This document shows, piece by piece, positions 8,532-18,316 of a stretch of 64,000 nt of DNA. Position 1 is the first letter of the stretch, and each line of letters opens with the position of its first letter. The position numbers and the translations under genes are program-made. The notes beneath the pieces were generated by a model. It was not told where the DNA came from. It was given only the letters and a program-made list of their open reading frames with translations, and did not search any database. The DNA is from an uncultured Collinsella sp. (lineage in GTDB: Bacteria; Actinomycetota; Coriobacteriia; Coriobacteriales; Coriobacteriaceae): contig CAUCKA010000008.1 in NCBI GenBank assembly GCA_958443265.1, forward strand, positions 7,823-71,822, in the 5' to 3' direction.

Positions 8532-10775
8532 GTGAGCGATACAAAGCTAAAGCCAGCAACCAAAAAGCCCGCTACCCGTAAGGCCGCCCCGCACGCACCG
8601 GAGCTTTCCAAGGACGATGTCTATCTGTTTGGCATTGGCATGTGGGAGCGCAGCTGGGAAAAGATGGGCGCGCACCCCGACACGCAGAACCGTACGCGCG
8701 GATGGCGTTTTTGCGTTTGGGCGCCCGATGTAAAAAGCGTTCACGTCATTGGCGAATTTAATAATTGGGATGAGGAAGCCAACCCGCTGGTGCCCGTACA
8801 TACGAGCGCTATTTGGGAAGGCTTTATTCCTGGTGCCGAGCAGGGCCAGCTGTATAAATATCTCATCGAGACCAACGAGGGCGAAAAGCTCTACAAGGCC
8901 GATCCGTACGCCTTTAAGGCTGAGTGCCCTCCGGGTACCGCCAGCGTGCTATGGACCCTCGATGGCTACCAGTGGAACGACGCCGCGTGGCTTAAGCGCC
9001 GCGCCAGCCATAACCACATGTCGCAACCCCTTAACATCTACGAGGTGCATATTGGCTCGTGGAAGCGCCACGGCGACGCGCCGCAGGGCGAGCCGGACGA
9101 GTACGGCAACTACCCCGGCCCCATGGATCCCTTCCCCGCGCAGCGCGGCGAGTTCTACACATACGACGACCTGTCGGTGGAGCTCGTGGACTACGTGCGC
9201 GACATGGGCTACACGCATATCGAGGTCATGCCGCTGATGGAGCATCCCTTCGACGGCTCCTGGGGCTATCAGACGACCGGCTACTATGCCGCCACGTCGC
9301 GCTACGGCAACCCGCAGCAGCTCATGCACTTCATCGATGCATGCCACGAGGCGGGTATTGGAGTGATCATGGACTGGGTGCCCGGCGGTTTTTGCGCCGA
9401 CTCCCACGGCCTTGCCACCTTTAACGGCCATATGCTGTTAGAGCACGAGATTCACCCCAACTGGGGCACGCACAAGTTCGACTTTGCCCGCGGCGAGGTC
9501 CGCTCCTTCCTGGTCTCCAACGTGCTGTACTGGCTCGAGAACTTCCACGTGGACGGCATTCGCATGGACGGCGTGTCCAGCATGCTGTACCTCAACTTTG
9601 GCATCGACGATCCGGGGCAAAAGAAGTTCAACAAGTACGGTACCGAGGAGGATCTGGACGCCAGCGCGTTTATCCGTCAGGTCAACTGCGCCGTGGAGGC
9701 CCACTTCCCCGACGTGATGATGATGGCCGAGGAGTCCACCGCGTGGCCACTCGTGACCTATCCGCCGCAGGACGGCGGCCTAGGCTTCCACTACAAGTGG
9801 GACATGGGCTGGATGAACGACACCCTGCACTACATGCAGACCGATTTTCCGTGGCGCCCCGGCAACCACGGGCTGCTCACGTTCTCCATCATGTATGCCT
9901 TTACCGAGAACTTCATTTGCCCGCTGAGCCACGACGAGGTCGTGCACGGCAAGTGCTCGCTTATCGGCCGCATGCCGGGCGACTGGTGGCGCCAGTTTGC
10001 CGGCCTGCGCACGCTGGCCTTCTACCAGATGACGCACCCCGGTGCCAAGCTCAACTTTATGGGCAACGAAATCGGTCAGTTTATTGAGTGGCGCTACTAC
10101 GAGTCCATTCAGTGGTTCCTGACCGAGCAGTACGAGACCCATGCTCACCATCAGGCATTCATCAAGGCGCTCAACCACCTGTACACCGCCGAGCCCGCCC
10201 TATACGAGCGCGGCTACACCGACGACGGCTTTACCTGGATTGACGCGGGCAACTCCAAGCAGTCCATCGTGAGCTTTGTGCGCCAGGGCGAGGACGTCGA
10301 TGACGACCTAGTGATCCTGATCAACTTTGACCCGGCGAGCTACGAGAGCTTCCGTGTGGGCGTGCCGCGCGAGGGTGACTGGGAGGTCATTTTCGATTCC
10401 GACCGTCCCGAGTTTGGCGGCAGCGGCTATGCCGGCGAGGAGCCCTACACCTGCTCGAGCGAGCCCTATCCCTGGAACGGGCAGATGGACTCCATCGAGA
10501 TTAAGGTTCCCGGCTTGGCAGGCGTGGTGCTTAAGCGCCGCGGTCCCAGCAGCTACAAGCCGCCCGTGGTCGAGGCTCCCAAGGCTGCGCCCAAGAAGCG
10601 CACGTCCTCGGTGAAGCCCAAGGCCGCGGCTGCCAAGAAGGCTCCGGCTAAGGCCAAGGCTACGACGACCAAGGCCAAGGCTGCCGCAAAGCCCGCAGCC
10701 AAGAAACCGGCTGCCAAAAAGGCCGCTACCAAGGCCAAGTCTGCTTCTGTTAAGCCGTCTGCCAAGGATGCGTAA
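8532..10775 (+). CDS. glgB: 1,4-alpha-glucan branching enzyme with Lys/Ala-rich C-terminal tail
   Basis: FCVWAP, NIYEVHIGSW, EHPFDGSWGYQ, DGIRMDGVSSMLY, AEESTAWP, KWDMGWMND and LSHDEVVHGK. Start uncertain (GTG 8532 or ATG 8517/8520). Confidence 0.93.
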   Translation: MSDTKLKPATKKPATRKAAPHAPELSKDDVYLFGIGMWERSWEKMGAHPDTQNRTRGWRFCVWAPDVKSVHVIGEFNNWDEEANPLVPVHTSAIWEGFIPGAEQGQLYKYLIETNEGEKLYKADPYAFKAECPPGTASVLWTLDGYQWNDAAWLKRRASHNHMSQPLNIYEVHIGSWKRHGDAPQGEPDEYGNYPGPMDPFPAQRGEFYTYDDLSVELVDYVRDMGYTHIEVMPLMEHPFDGSWGYQTTGYYAATSRYGNPQQLMHFIDACHEAGIGVIMDWVPGGFCADSHGLATFNGHMLLEHEIHPNWGTHKFDFARGEVRSFLVSNVLYWLENFHVDGIRMDGVSSMLYLNFGIDDPGQKKFNKYGTEEDLDASAFIRQVNCAVEAHFPDVMMMAEESTAWPLVTYPPQDGGLGFHYKWDMGWMNDTLHYMQTDFPWRPGNHGLLTFSIMYAFTENFICPLSHDEVVHGKCSLIGRMPGDWWRQFAGLRTLAFYQMTHPGAKLNFMGNEIGQFIEWRYYESIQWFLTEQYETHAHHQAFIKALNHLYTAEPALYERGYTDDGFTWIDAGNSKQSIVSFVRQGEDVDDDLVILINFDPASYESFRVGVPREGDWEVIFDSDRPEFGGSGYAGEEPYTCSSEPYPWNGQMDSIEIKVPGLAGVVLKRRGPSSYKPPVVEAPKAAPKKRTSSVKPKAAAAKKAPAKAKATTTKAKAAAKPAAKKPAAKKAATKAKSASVKPSAKDA

Positions 10776-10869
10776 CAAAACCGTTACAGCTGTAATTACC
10801 CGCCCCGACGAGGCGTAGGATACAAGTCATAACCGTTCCGGGAGAAACATCCCCGGGGGAAAGGAACGT

Positions 10870-13296
10870 ATGAATAAGATCTTCGACAACAAGCAGGAGT
10901 TTACCGAGCTCTATCGCGATGCCGTCATGAGCATCAGCGGTAAGAGCGTCGAGGCCGCCAGCGACCTCGACCGCTTTAACGCCCTGGCCAAGCTCGTGGC
11001 CGAGAAGGCGCGCACCGTTGCCACCAAGAGTGACGCCCGCGTCACCGCCGAGGGCAAAAAGCGCGTGTACTACTTCTCGATCGAGTTTTTGATCGGCCGC
11101 CTGCTCGACAACTACCTGCTCAACTTTGGCGTGCGCGACATGGTCGCCGAGGCGCTCGACGACATGGGCTTTGACCTGTCCGTCATCGAGAACCAGGAGC
11201 CCGATCCGGCCCTGGGCAACGGTGGCCTGGGTCGTCTGGCCGCGTGCTTCCTGGATTCCATGGCAGCCGAGGGCATTGCCGGCTACGGCAACGGCATGCG
11301 CTACCGCTACGGCCTGTTTAAGCAGGAGATCGTCAACGGCAGCCAGGTCGAGGCCACCGACGAGTGGCTCACCCACGGCTATCCTTGGGAAGTCCGTCGT
11401 CAGGACAAGGCCGTGACCATTAAGTTTGGCGGCCGCGTCGAGGGCTTTGAGGAGAACGGCCGCACGTTCTACCGCACGGTGGACACGCAGGACATCCTGG
11501 CCGTCCCCTACGACATCCCCGTGGTGGGCTATGCCGGCGAGACCGTCAACAAGCTGCGCGTCTGGGCCGCTGAGCCGGTCGAGGAGCACTTTGATCTGGA
11601 GGCCTTCAACCGCGGCGACTATGCCCTGGCCGATGCCGAGCGCGCCGAGGCCGAGGCCATCAGCGCCATCCTCTACCCCAACGACGCCGGCGAGCACGGC
11701 CGTCTGCTGCGCCTGAAGCAGGAGTACCTGTTTGTCTCGGCCGGCATCTACAGCCTGCTCGACACCTTTGAGAAGGAGCACGGCGAAAACTGGGAGCTGC
11801 TGCCGCAGTTTGTGGCCATCCACACCAACGATACCCACCCCGCCATGTGCGGCCCCGAGCTCATGCGTATCCTCATCGACGAGAAGAAGCTCGAGTGGGA
11901 TGACGCCTGGAACATTGTGACGCAGGTCGTGAGTTACACCAACCACACCATCCTGCCCGAGGCTCTAGAGAAGTGGCCCATCGGCACGTTCTCCAAGCTC
12001 CTCCCCCGCGTGTACCAGATCATCGACGAGATCAGCCGTCGTTGGCACGAGTCGTTCGACACCACGAAGGAGGGCTGGCAGGAGCGTCTGCGCCAGACCG
12101 CCATCCTGTGGGACGGCGAGATTCGCATGGCCAACCTGTCTGTGATCTGCAGCCACAGCGTCAACGGCGTGGCCAAGATCCATTCCGACATCATCAAGAA
12201 CATCGTGCTCAAGGACTTCTATGCCCTGACGCCCGAGAAGTTCAACAACAAGACCAACGGCATCTCGCACCGTCGCTTCTTTGCCGAGGCCAACCCCACC
12301 TACGCCAAGCTCGTGACCGAGGCCATTGGCGATGGCTGGCTCAAAGACGCCTTTGAGCTTGAGAAACTCAAGGAGTTTAAGGACGACACCGAGTTCCTGA
12401 AGGCCGTGGGTGCCTCCAAGCGCGCTAACAAGGAGCGCCTGGCCGCCTACGTCAAGGCCGAGACCGGTCTGGTTATCGACCCCAACACCGTCTTCGATGT
12501 CCAGGTAAAGCGCTTCCACGCCTATAAGCGCCAGCTCATGAACATCATGAAGGTGATGGACATCTACAACCGTCGCATCGCCGATCCTAACTTCCACGTG
12601 ACGCCGACGACCTTCATCTTTAGCGGCAAGGCTGCCTCGAGCTACACCTTTGCCAAGGAGACCATCCGCCTCATTAACTCCGTGGCCGACGTCATCAACA
12701 ACGATGCCCGCGTCAACGAGGTCATGAAGGTCTGCTTTATCCCCAACTTCCGCGTGAGCAACGCCCAGCTCATCTACCCCGCCGCCGAGATCTCGGAGCA
12801 GATCTCCACGGCCGGCAAGGAGGCCTCGGGCACGTCCAACATGAAGCTCATGATGAACGGTGCCATTACGCTGGGCACCCTCGACGGCGCCAACATCGAG
12901 ATCGCCGATCTGGCCGGCCGCGAGAACGAGGCCATCTTTGGCCTGACCGCTCCCGAGGTCGAGAAGCTCTGGGCATCCAACAGCTACTTTGCGTGGGATA
13001 CCCTCAACGGCGACCGTGAGCGCCTGGGCCGCGTGATGGACGAGCTCAAGGACAACACGTTTGCGGGTCTTTCGGGCAACTTCGAGAGCATCTACAACGA
13101 GCTGATGAACAACAACGACCCCGACCTGGTCATGGCAGACTTCCGCAGCTACGTGGACACCTGGGAGAAGCTTACGGGCAGCTATGGCGACCAGGAGACC
13201 TGGAACCGCAAGGCCCTGCTCAACACCGCCTCCTCGGGTTGGTTCTCGAGCGACCGCACCATTCGCGAGTACCGCGACGAGATCTGGCACGCGTAA
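10870..13296 (+). CDS. glgP: Glycogen/starch phosphorylase
   Basis: LGNGGLGRLAACFLDS, LRLKQEY, NDTHP, YTNHTILPEALE, VKRFHAYKRQ and the PLP motif EASGTSNMK. Confidence 0.96.
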   Translation: MNKIFDNKQEFTELYRDAVMSISGKSVEAASDLDRFNALAKLVAEKARTVATKSDARVTAEGKKRVYYFSIEFLIGRLLDNYLLNFGVRDMVAEALDDMGFDLSVIENQEPDPALGNGGLGRLAACFLDSMAAEGIAGYGNGMRYRYGLFKQEIVNGSQVEATDEWLTHGYPWEVRRQDKAVTIKFGGRVEGFEENGRTFYRTVDTQDILAVPYDIPVVGYAGETVNKLRVWAAEPVEEHFDLEAFNRGDYALADAERAEAEAISAILYPNDAGEHGRLLRLKQEYLFVSAGIYSLLDTFEKEHGENWELLPQFVAIHTNDTHPAMCGPELMRILIDEKKLEWDDAWNIVTQVVSYTNHTILPEALEKWPIGTFSKLLPRVYQIIDEISRRWHESFDTTKEGWQERLRQTAILWDGEIRMANLSVICSHSVNGVAKIHSDIIKNIVLKDFYALTPEKFNNKTNGISHRRFFAEANPTYAKLVTEAIGDGWLKDAFELEKLKEFKDDTEFLKAVGASKRANKERLAAYVKAETGLVIDPNTVFDVQVKRFHAYKRQLMNIMKVMDIYNRRIADPNFHVTPTTFIFSGKAASSYTFAKETIRLINSVADVINNDARVNEVMKVCFIPNFRVSNAQLIYPAAEISEQISTAGKEASGTSNMKLMMNGAITLGTLDGANIEIADLAGRENEAIFGLTAPEVEKLWASNSYFAWDTLNGDRERLGRVMDELKDNTFAGLSGNFESIYNELMNNNDPDLVMADFRSYVDTWEKLTGSYGDQETWNRKALLNTASSGWFSSDRTIREYRDEIWHA

Positions 13297-13403
13297 AGGC
13301 CGCGAGTTCCCTTCTTTGCCGCACGGCATTATTTGGTGGGCGCGACTAGGCGCCGTGCCCACCGCTAATGGGTTAGAAACATCGATGACAGAAGGAGAAA
13401 TCG

Positions 13404-14552
13404 ATGAGTAAGAAAGAATGCATCGCGATGCTCCTCGCAGGAGGACAGGGCAGCCGATTGGGGGCACTCACCCAAAAGATCGCTAAGCCGGCGGTTAGCT
13501 TTGGTGGCAAGTTCCGCATTATCGACTTTTCGCTGTCCAACTGCTCCAACTCGGGCATCGACACAGTGGGCGTTCTGACGCAGTATCGCCCCTACCTGCT
13601 GCATGCCTACGTGGGTTCCGGCGAGGCGTGGGATCTGGACAGCCGCGACGGCGGCGTGTCGATCCTGCCGCCGTACGAGACGCAGACCGGCGGCGCCTGG
13701 TATGCGGGCACGGCCGACGCCATCACGCAGAACCTCGACTACATCAAGGCCAACGACCCCAAGTACGTCCTGATTCTTTCGGGCGATCACCTGTATCGCA
13801 TGGACTACCGCAAGATGCTTAAGACGCACATTGAGAACAACGCCGACCTCACGGTGAGCGTTATGCCCGTGCCGTGGGAGGAGGCCAGCCGCTTTGGCAT
13901 CCTGACGACCGACCCCGAGGACGGCCGCATCACCAAGTTCACCGAGAAGCCCGAGAAGCCCGATTCGAACCTCGCGTCCATGGGCATCTACATCTTCTCG
14001 GCCGACGTGCTGATCGAGGCGCTCGAGGAGGATGCTCTGGACCAGCGTTCGAGCCACGACTTTGGCAAGGACATCATCCCCAAGCTGCTCGGCGAGGGCA
14101 AGCGCCTGTACAGCTACGAGTTCCACGGCTTTTGGAAGGACGTCGGCACCATCGCCAGCTTCCACGAGACCTCGATGGACCTGCTGGGCAACAACCCCGA
14201 GTTCGATCTGTTTGACAAGCACTTCCCCATCATGTCCAACATCACCACGCGTCCGCCGCACTACATTGGTCAGGATGGTCGCCTGGACGACTGCCTGGTC
14301 TCCAACGGCTGCAAGATCTACGGCACCGCTCGCCACTCGATCCTTTCGACCGATGTCATCATTGAGGAGCGCGCCGTGGTCGAGGACTCCGTGCTGCTGC
14401 CGGGTGCGCACGTTAAGAGCGGCGCGCACATCTGCCGCGCTATTTTGGGCGAGAACTCCACGGTCGAAGAGGGCGTGAAGCTCGGCTCTGTCGATACCAC
14501 CAAGGATACGGCCGTCGTTGGAAATGACGTCGTTATCGGGAAGGGGGAATGA
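13404..14552 (+). CDS. glgC: Glucose-1-phosphate adenylyltransferase
   Basis: [42 protein letters not shown] and WKDVGT. Confidence 0.96.
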   Translation: MSKKECIAMLLAGGQGSRLGALTQKIAKPAVSFGGKFRIIDFSLSNCSNSGIDTVGVLTQYRPYLLHAYVGSGEAWDLDSRDGGVSILPPYETQTGGAWYAGTADAITQNLDYIKANDPKYVLILSGDHLYRMDYRKMLKTHIENNADLTVSVMPVPWEEASRFGILTTDPEDGRITKFTEKPEKPDSNLASMGIYIFSADVLIEALEEDALDQRSSHDFGKDIIPKLLGEGKRLYSYEFHGFWKDVGTIASFHETSMDLLGNNPEFDLFDKHFPIMSNITTRPPHYIGQDGRLDDCLVSNGCKIYGTARHSILSTDVIIEERAVVEDSVLLPGAHVKSGAHICRAILGENSTVEEGVKLGSVDTTKDTAVVGNDVVIGKGE

Positions 14553-14556
14553 TCCG

Positions 14557-15684
14557 ATGATCAATCGCAAGGCCATCGGTTATATCACCGCTAACTACTC
14601 TTCGACCTACGGCAGTGTGCTGCTCAAGGACCGCCCCATCGCGTCCGTTCCGTTTTTGGGCCGCTACCGCCTGATCGACTTCCCGCTGTCCAACATGATG
14701 AATGCCGGCATTAAGACCGTCGGCGTCGTCATGCCGGGCAACTACCGCTCGCTGATCGACCATGTGGGTTCGGGCAAGGACTGGGGCCTGGACCGCAAGA
14801 AGGGCGGCCTGTTTATGGTGCCCGGCAACGCGTATGGCACCACCAAGGGCGGCATGCGCTTCTTGCTGCGCGACATCATCTCCAACAAGACGCTGTTCCA
14901 GCGCTCGGACAAGCCCTATGTCGTGATGATGGGCACCAACATCATCTTTAATATGGACCTCAACACCATCATCGACGCGCACGAGAATTCCGGCGCCCAG
15001 ATGACCGTGGTGTACTGCAAGGCCACGCGCAACGTCGATGACGAGACCAAGCTGCAGATCAACGAGAACGGCCGCCTGACGGGCGTGAGCGCCGGGGTCG
15101 TGTATGGCGACAACGCCTCTATGGACTGCTGCATCGTCAACCGCGAGACGCTGCTCGAGATCATCGACCACTACCAGGCTGCCGACTATCTGGACCTGCT
15201 CGAGGCACTCCAAGGCGACTTTGGCAACATCGACGTGTGCAGCTACGAGTACAAGGGCGAGGTCGTGGGCGTGTTTAGCGAGAAGTCGCTGTATCGCCGC
15301 AGCATGGACCTGCTCGACCAGACCGTGGCCGACCAGCTCTTTGACCCCGAGCGCCCGATCCTAACCAAGGCCCACGACGTGCCGCCTTCGCGCTATGCGA
15401 CCGGCAGCCACGCTTGCAACTCGATCATCTCGGCCGGTTGCATCATCAAGGGCACCGTTCGCAACTCGATCCTGTCGCGTGGCGTCGTGGTCGAGGAAGG
15501 CGCCTCGGTGACGAACTCGATAATCAACCAGAGCTGCGTCATCAAGAGCGGCGCCCGCGTTGAGAATGCCATCCTGGACAAGAACAACGTGGTTCCCACC
15601 AACACCGAGCTTCGCGGCACGCCCGAGAACATCCTGGTGCTGGGAAAGGCCCCGTTAACTTCTGATATCACCAACGCGAGTTAG
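14557..15684 (+). CDS. glgD: Glucose-1-phosphate adenylyltransferase regulatory subunit
   Basis: RPIASVPFLGRYRLIDFPLSN and SLIDHVGSGKDWGLDRKKGGLF; follows glgC. Confidence 0.92.
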   Translation: MINRKAIGYITANYSSTYGSVLLKDRPIASVPFLGRYRLIDFPLSNMMNAGIKTVGVVMPGNYRSLIDHVGSGKDWGLDRKKGGLFMVPGNAYGTTKGGMRFLLRDIISNKTLFQRSDKPYVVMMGTNIIFNMDLNTIIDAHENSGAQMTVVYCKATRNVDDETKLQINENGRLTGVSAGVVYGDNASMDCCIVNRETLLEIIDHYQAADYLDLLEALQGDFGNIDVCSYEYKGEVVGVFSEKSLYRRSMDLLDQTVADQLFDPERPILTKAHDVPPSRYATGSHACNSIISAGCIIKGTVRNSILSRGVVVEEGASVTNSIINQSCVIKSGARVENAILDKNNVVPTNTELRGTPENILVLGKAPLTSDITNAS

Positions 15685-15716
15685 CTTTGGCACCGCAACA
15701 TCGCTCGTGACACGTA

Positions 15717-15750
15717 GAATAGCCGCCCGGTTTGCGCCAGGCGGCTATTC
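15717..15750. other. Intergenic stem-loop between glgD and glgA (mRNA stability or weak terminator)
   Basis: GAATAGCCGCC/GGCGGCTATTC 11-bp stem with no U tract. Confidence 0.5.
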
Positions 15751-15773
15751 TCGAATTGCAACAGGGAGACAAT

Positions 15774-18101
15774 ATGGCTGATTCCAGCAAAAAGATGCAG
15801 ATCGTGTTTGCCTCGGCCGAGTGCGCGCCGTTTGTTAAGACCGGTGGCCTGGGCGACGTGGCGGGCTCGCTGCCTGCGGCGCTTGTGCGCGCCGGCGCCG
15901 AAGTTATCGTGATGGTGCCCAAGTACGCCACCATCAAGGACGAGTACAAGGCGCAGATGGAGCACTTCTCCGATTTTTACGTGAGCCTAGGCTGGCGCAA
16001 TGAGTACTGCGGACTCGAGAAACTCGAGCACGACGGCGTCACCTATATGTTCATCGACAACGAGCGCTACTTTGCGCGCGACTATCCGTACGGCTTCTTT
16101 GACGACGGCGAGCGTTTTGCGTTCTTCTCCAAGGCCATCACCGAGAGCCTGCAGCACCTGCCCGAGGGCTTTGAGTGCGACATCCTGCACTGCAACGACT
16201 GGCAGACAGCGCTGGCGCCCGTGTTCTTGCGTGAGTTCTACCAGGGCCTGCCGCTGTACGACCGCGTCAAGACCGTGTTCTCGATCCACAACGTGGCGTT
16301 CCAGGGCCAGTTTAGCGACACTGTGATGGAGGATATCCTTGGTGTGGCGCATATTCCCGCGGCCGCCTCGCAGCTGCGTTGCGACGCCTGCAGCATCAAC
16401 TACATGCTGGGCGCGCTGCGCTATGCCGACGCCATCACTACGGTAAGCCCCACCTATGCCAACGAGATCCAGACGCCCGAATTTGGCGAGGGCCTGGACG
16501 GCGTTCTTCGCGAGCGTTCATACGCGCTGCAGGGCATTTTGAATGGCATCGACGTCGCGGGCTTTGACCCGGCGACCGACAAGCGCATTGCCGCCAACTA
16601 CACCGTGGAGGACCGTTCTGGTAAGGCCGTATGCAAGGCCAAGCTGCAGGAAGAGCTGGGGCTCGAGGTTCGCGATGACCGTCCGCTTATGGTCATGGTC
16701 ACGCGCCTGACGCGCCAGAAGGGCATGGACCTGGTCATGTACGCGCTCGACCGCATTCTGGCCGGCGGCGTGCAGGTGGCGGTGCTGGGCACCGGCGACC
16801 GCGACTACGAGGACGGTCTGCGCTACTTCCAGGACAAGTACCCCGGTACCATGGCCGCACGCATCGAGTTCGATCCGGCGCTGTCGCAGCGCATGTATGC
16901 CGCCGCCGACATGTTCCTAATGCCTTCGAAGTTTGAGCCCTGCGGCCTGTCGCAGATCATCGCCATGCGCTACGGTACCCTGCCCATCGTGCGCGAGACC
17001 GGTGGTCTGAAGGACACTGTGATTCCGTATAACGAGTTTAACGGCGAGGGCACGGGCTTCTCGTTTAGCAACTTTAACGGCGACGAGATGGGCGACGCCG
17101 TGTTCCGCGCGGCACGCCTGTTCTGGGACAACCGCGATGCCTGGAACCAGCTGGTAACGCAGGCCATGAGCCAGGACTTTAGCTGGACGCGCTCGGCCGA
17201 TAAGTATCTGGACCTGTACTTCTTTATGCATCCGGAGATTGAGAGGCCTGCGGCTGTTGTCGACGAGACTGAAGCTGTTGCTGAGCCGGTGGCCGCTGAA
17301 GAGCCCAAGGCCAAAGAGAAGCCGGTTGAGGCTGAGCCCGCAAAGGCCGAGCCTAAGGTGAAGGCTGAGGTTGCTCTTGAGGCAGAGGACGAGGTCAAGC
17401 CCGCTGCAAAGCCCGCAGCTAAGAAGACCACGACCCGCAAGACGACCACTAAGAAGGCTACGACGACCAAAGCTGCCGCGACTAAAACAACGGCTGCCAA
17501 GACAACGACCACGCGCAAGCGCACGACCGCCGCTGCCAAGAAGGCAGCCGAGGCCGAGGCTGCTCCCGAGGTAAAGGCCGAGGTCGCTGAGGCCAAACCG
17601 GCCGCCAAGGCTCCGGCAAAGACCGCTGCCAAAAAGACGACCACGACTGCCAAGAAGGCAACAGCTGCCAAGAAGACCACGGCAACGAAGTCGACGGCCG
17701 CCAAGGCTACTGCGACCAAGGTCGCTCCGAAGGCTGCCGCAAAGCCCGCCGTCAAGGTCGAGGAGACGCCTGCCGAGCCCAAGGCCGAAGCAGCTGTCGA
17801 GGCCAAGCCAACCGCCAAGACCACCACGCGCAAGCGCAAGACGACGGCCAAGAAGACCACGGCAAAGGCTGCCGCTCCTAAGGCAGAGGCTATGCCCGCC
17901 GCCGTCAAAGAGGAGACCAAGCCCGAGCCGGCACCGAAGGCCGCCGAGGTCAAGGCTAAGACCAAGGCTGCCCCGAAGGCGGAGGCTAAGCCCGAGCCTG
18001 CCAAGGAGACCCCGGTCTCCCCTGCCGCTCCGACCGAGAAAAAGGCTCCGACCAAGAAGACTTCCGTCCGCAAGGCAACGGCCACCCGCAAGCGCCGCTA
18101 A
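15774..18101 (+). CDS. glgA: Glycogen synthase with a ~285-aa Lys/Ala/Thr/Glu-rich C-terminal extension
   Basis: PFVKTGGLGDV, HCNDWQT, HNVAFQG, RLTRQKG and PSKFEPCGLSQ. The catalytic domain ends near 17240. ATG follows AGGGAG. Confidence 0.95.
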   Translation: MADSSKKMQIVFASAECAPFVKTGGLGDVAGSLPAALVRAGAEVIVMVPKYATIKDEYKAQMEHFSDFYVSLGWRNEYCGLEKLEHDGVTYMFIDNERYFARDYPYGFFDDGERFAFFSKAITESLQHLPEGFECDILHCNDWQTALAPVFLREFYQGLPLYDRVKTVFSIHNVAFQGQFSDTVMEDILGVAHIPAAASQLRCDACSINYMLGALRYADAITTVSPTYANEIQTPEFGEGLDGVLRERSYALQGILNGIDVAGFDPATDKRIAANYTVEDRSGKAVCKAKLQEELGLEVRDDRPLMVMVTRLTRQKGMDLVMYALDRILAGGVQVAVLGTGDRDYEDGLRYFQDKYPGTMAARIEFDPALSQRMYAAADMFLMPSKFEPCGLSQIIAMRYGTLPIVRETGGLKDTVIPYNEFNGEGTGFSFSNFNGDEMGDAVFRAARLFWDNRDAWNQLVTQAMSQDFSWTRSADKYLDLYFFMHPEIERPAAVVDETEAVAEPVAAEEPKAKEKPVEAEPAKAEPKVKAEVALEAEDEVKPAAKPAAKKTTTRKTTTKKATTTKAAATKTTAAKTTTTRKRTTAAAKKAAEAEAAPEVKAEVAEAKPAAKAPAKTAAKKTTTTAKKATAAKKTTATKSTAAKATATKVAPKAAAKPAVKVEETPAEPKAEAAVEAKPTAKTTTRKRKTTAKKTTAKAAAPKAEAMPAAVKEETKPEPAPKAAEVKAKTKAAPKAEAKPEPAKETPVSPAAPTEKKAPTKKTSVRKATATRKRR

Positions 18102-18135
18102 TCCAGACGATCCAAAACCTCATCAAACCCTAAGC

Positions 18136-18166
18136 AAGGGGCGCTCCAACCGGGCGCCCCTTCTCT
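18136..18166 (+). terminator. Probable intrinsic terminator after glgA
   Basis: AAGGGGCGC/GCGCCCCTT stem followed by CTCTGTT. Confidence 0.6.
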
Positions 18167-18316
18167 GTTAATAGTTGGTAAAACGATTTTCTAGGACAAC
18201 CGTTCGCCGATGGTAAACGGATGTTGTTTATACAGCCTATGTACAACAGATATACTTACATCCTGTGCGTAAAGCCATGGCCCGCAGGCCGTGATTCTAT
18301 TGAACTGGACCGTATT

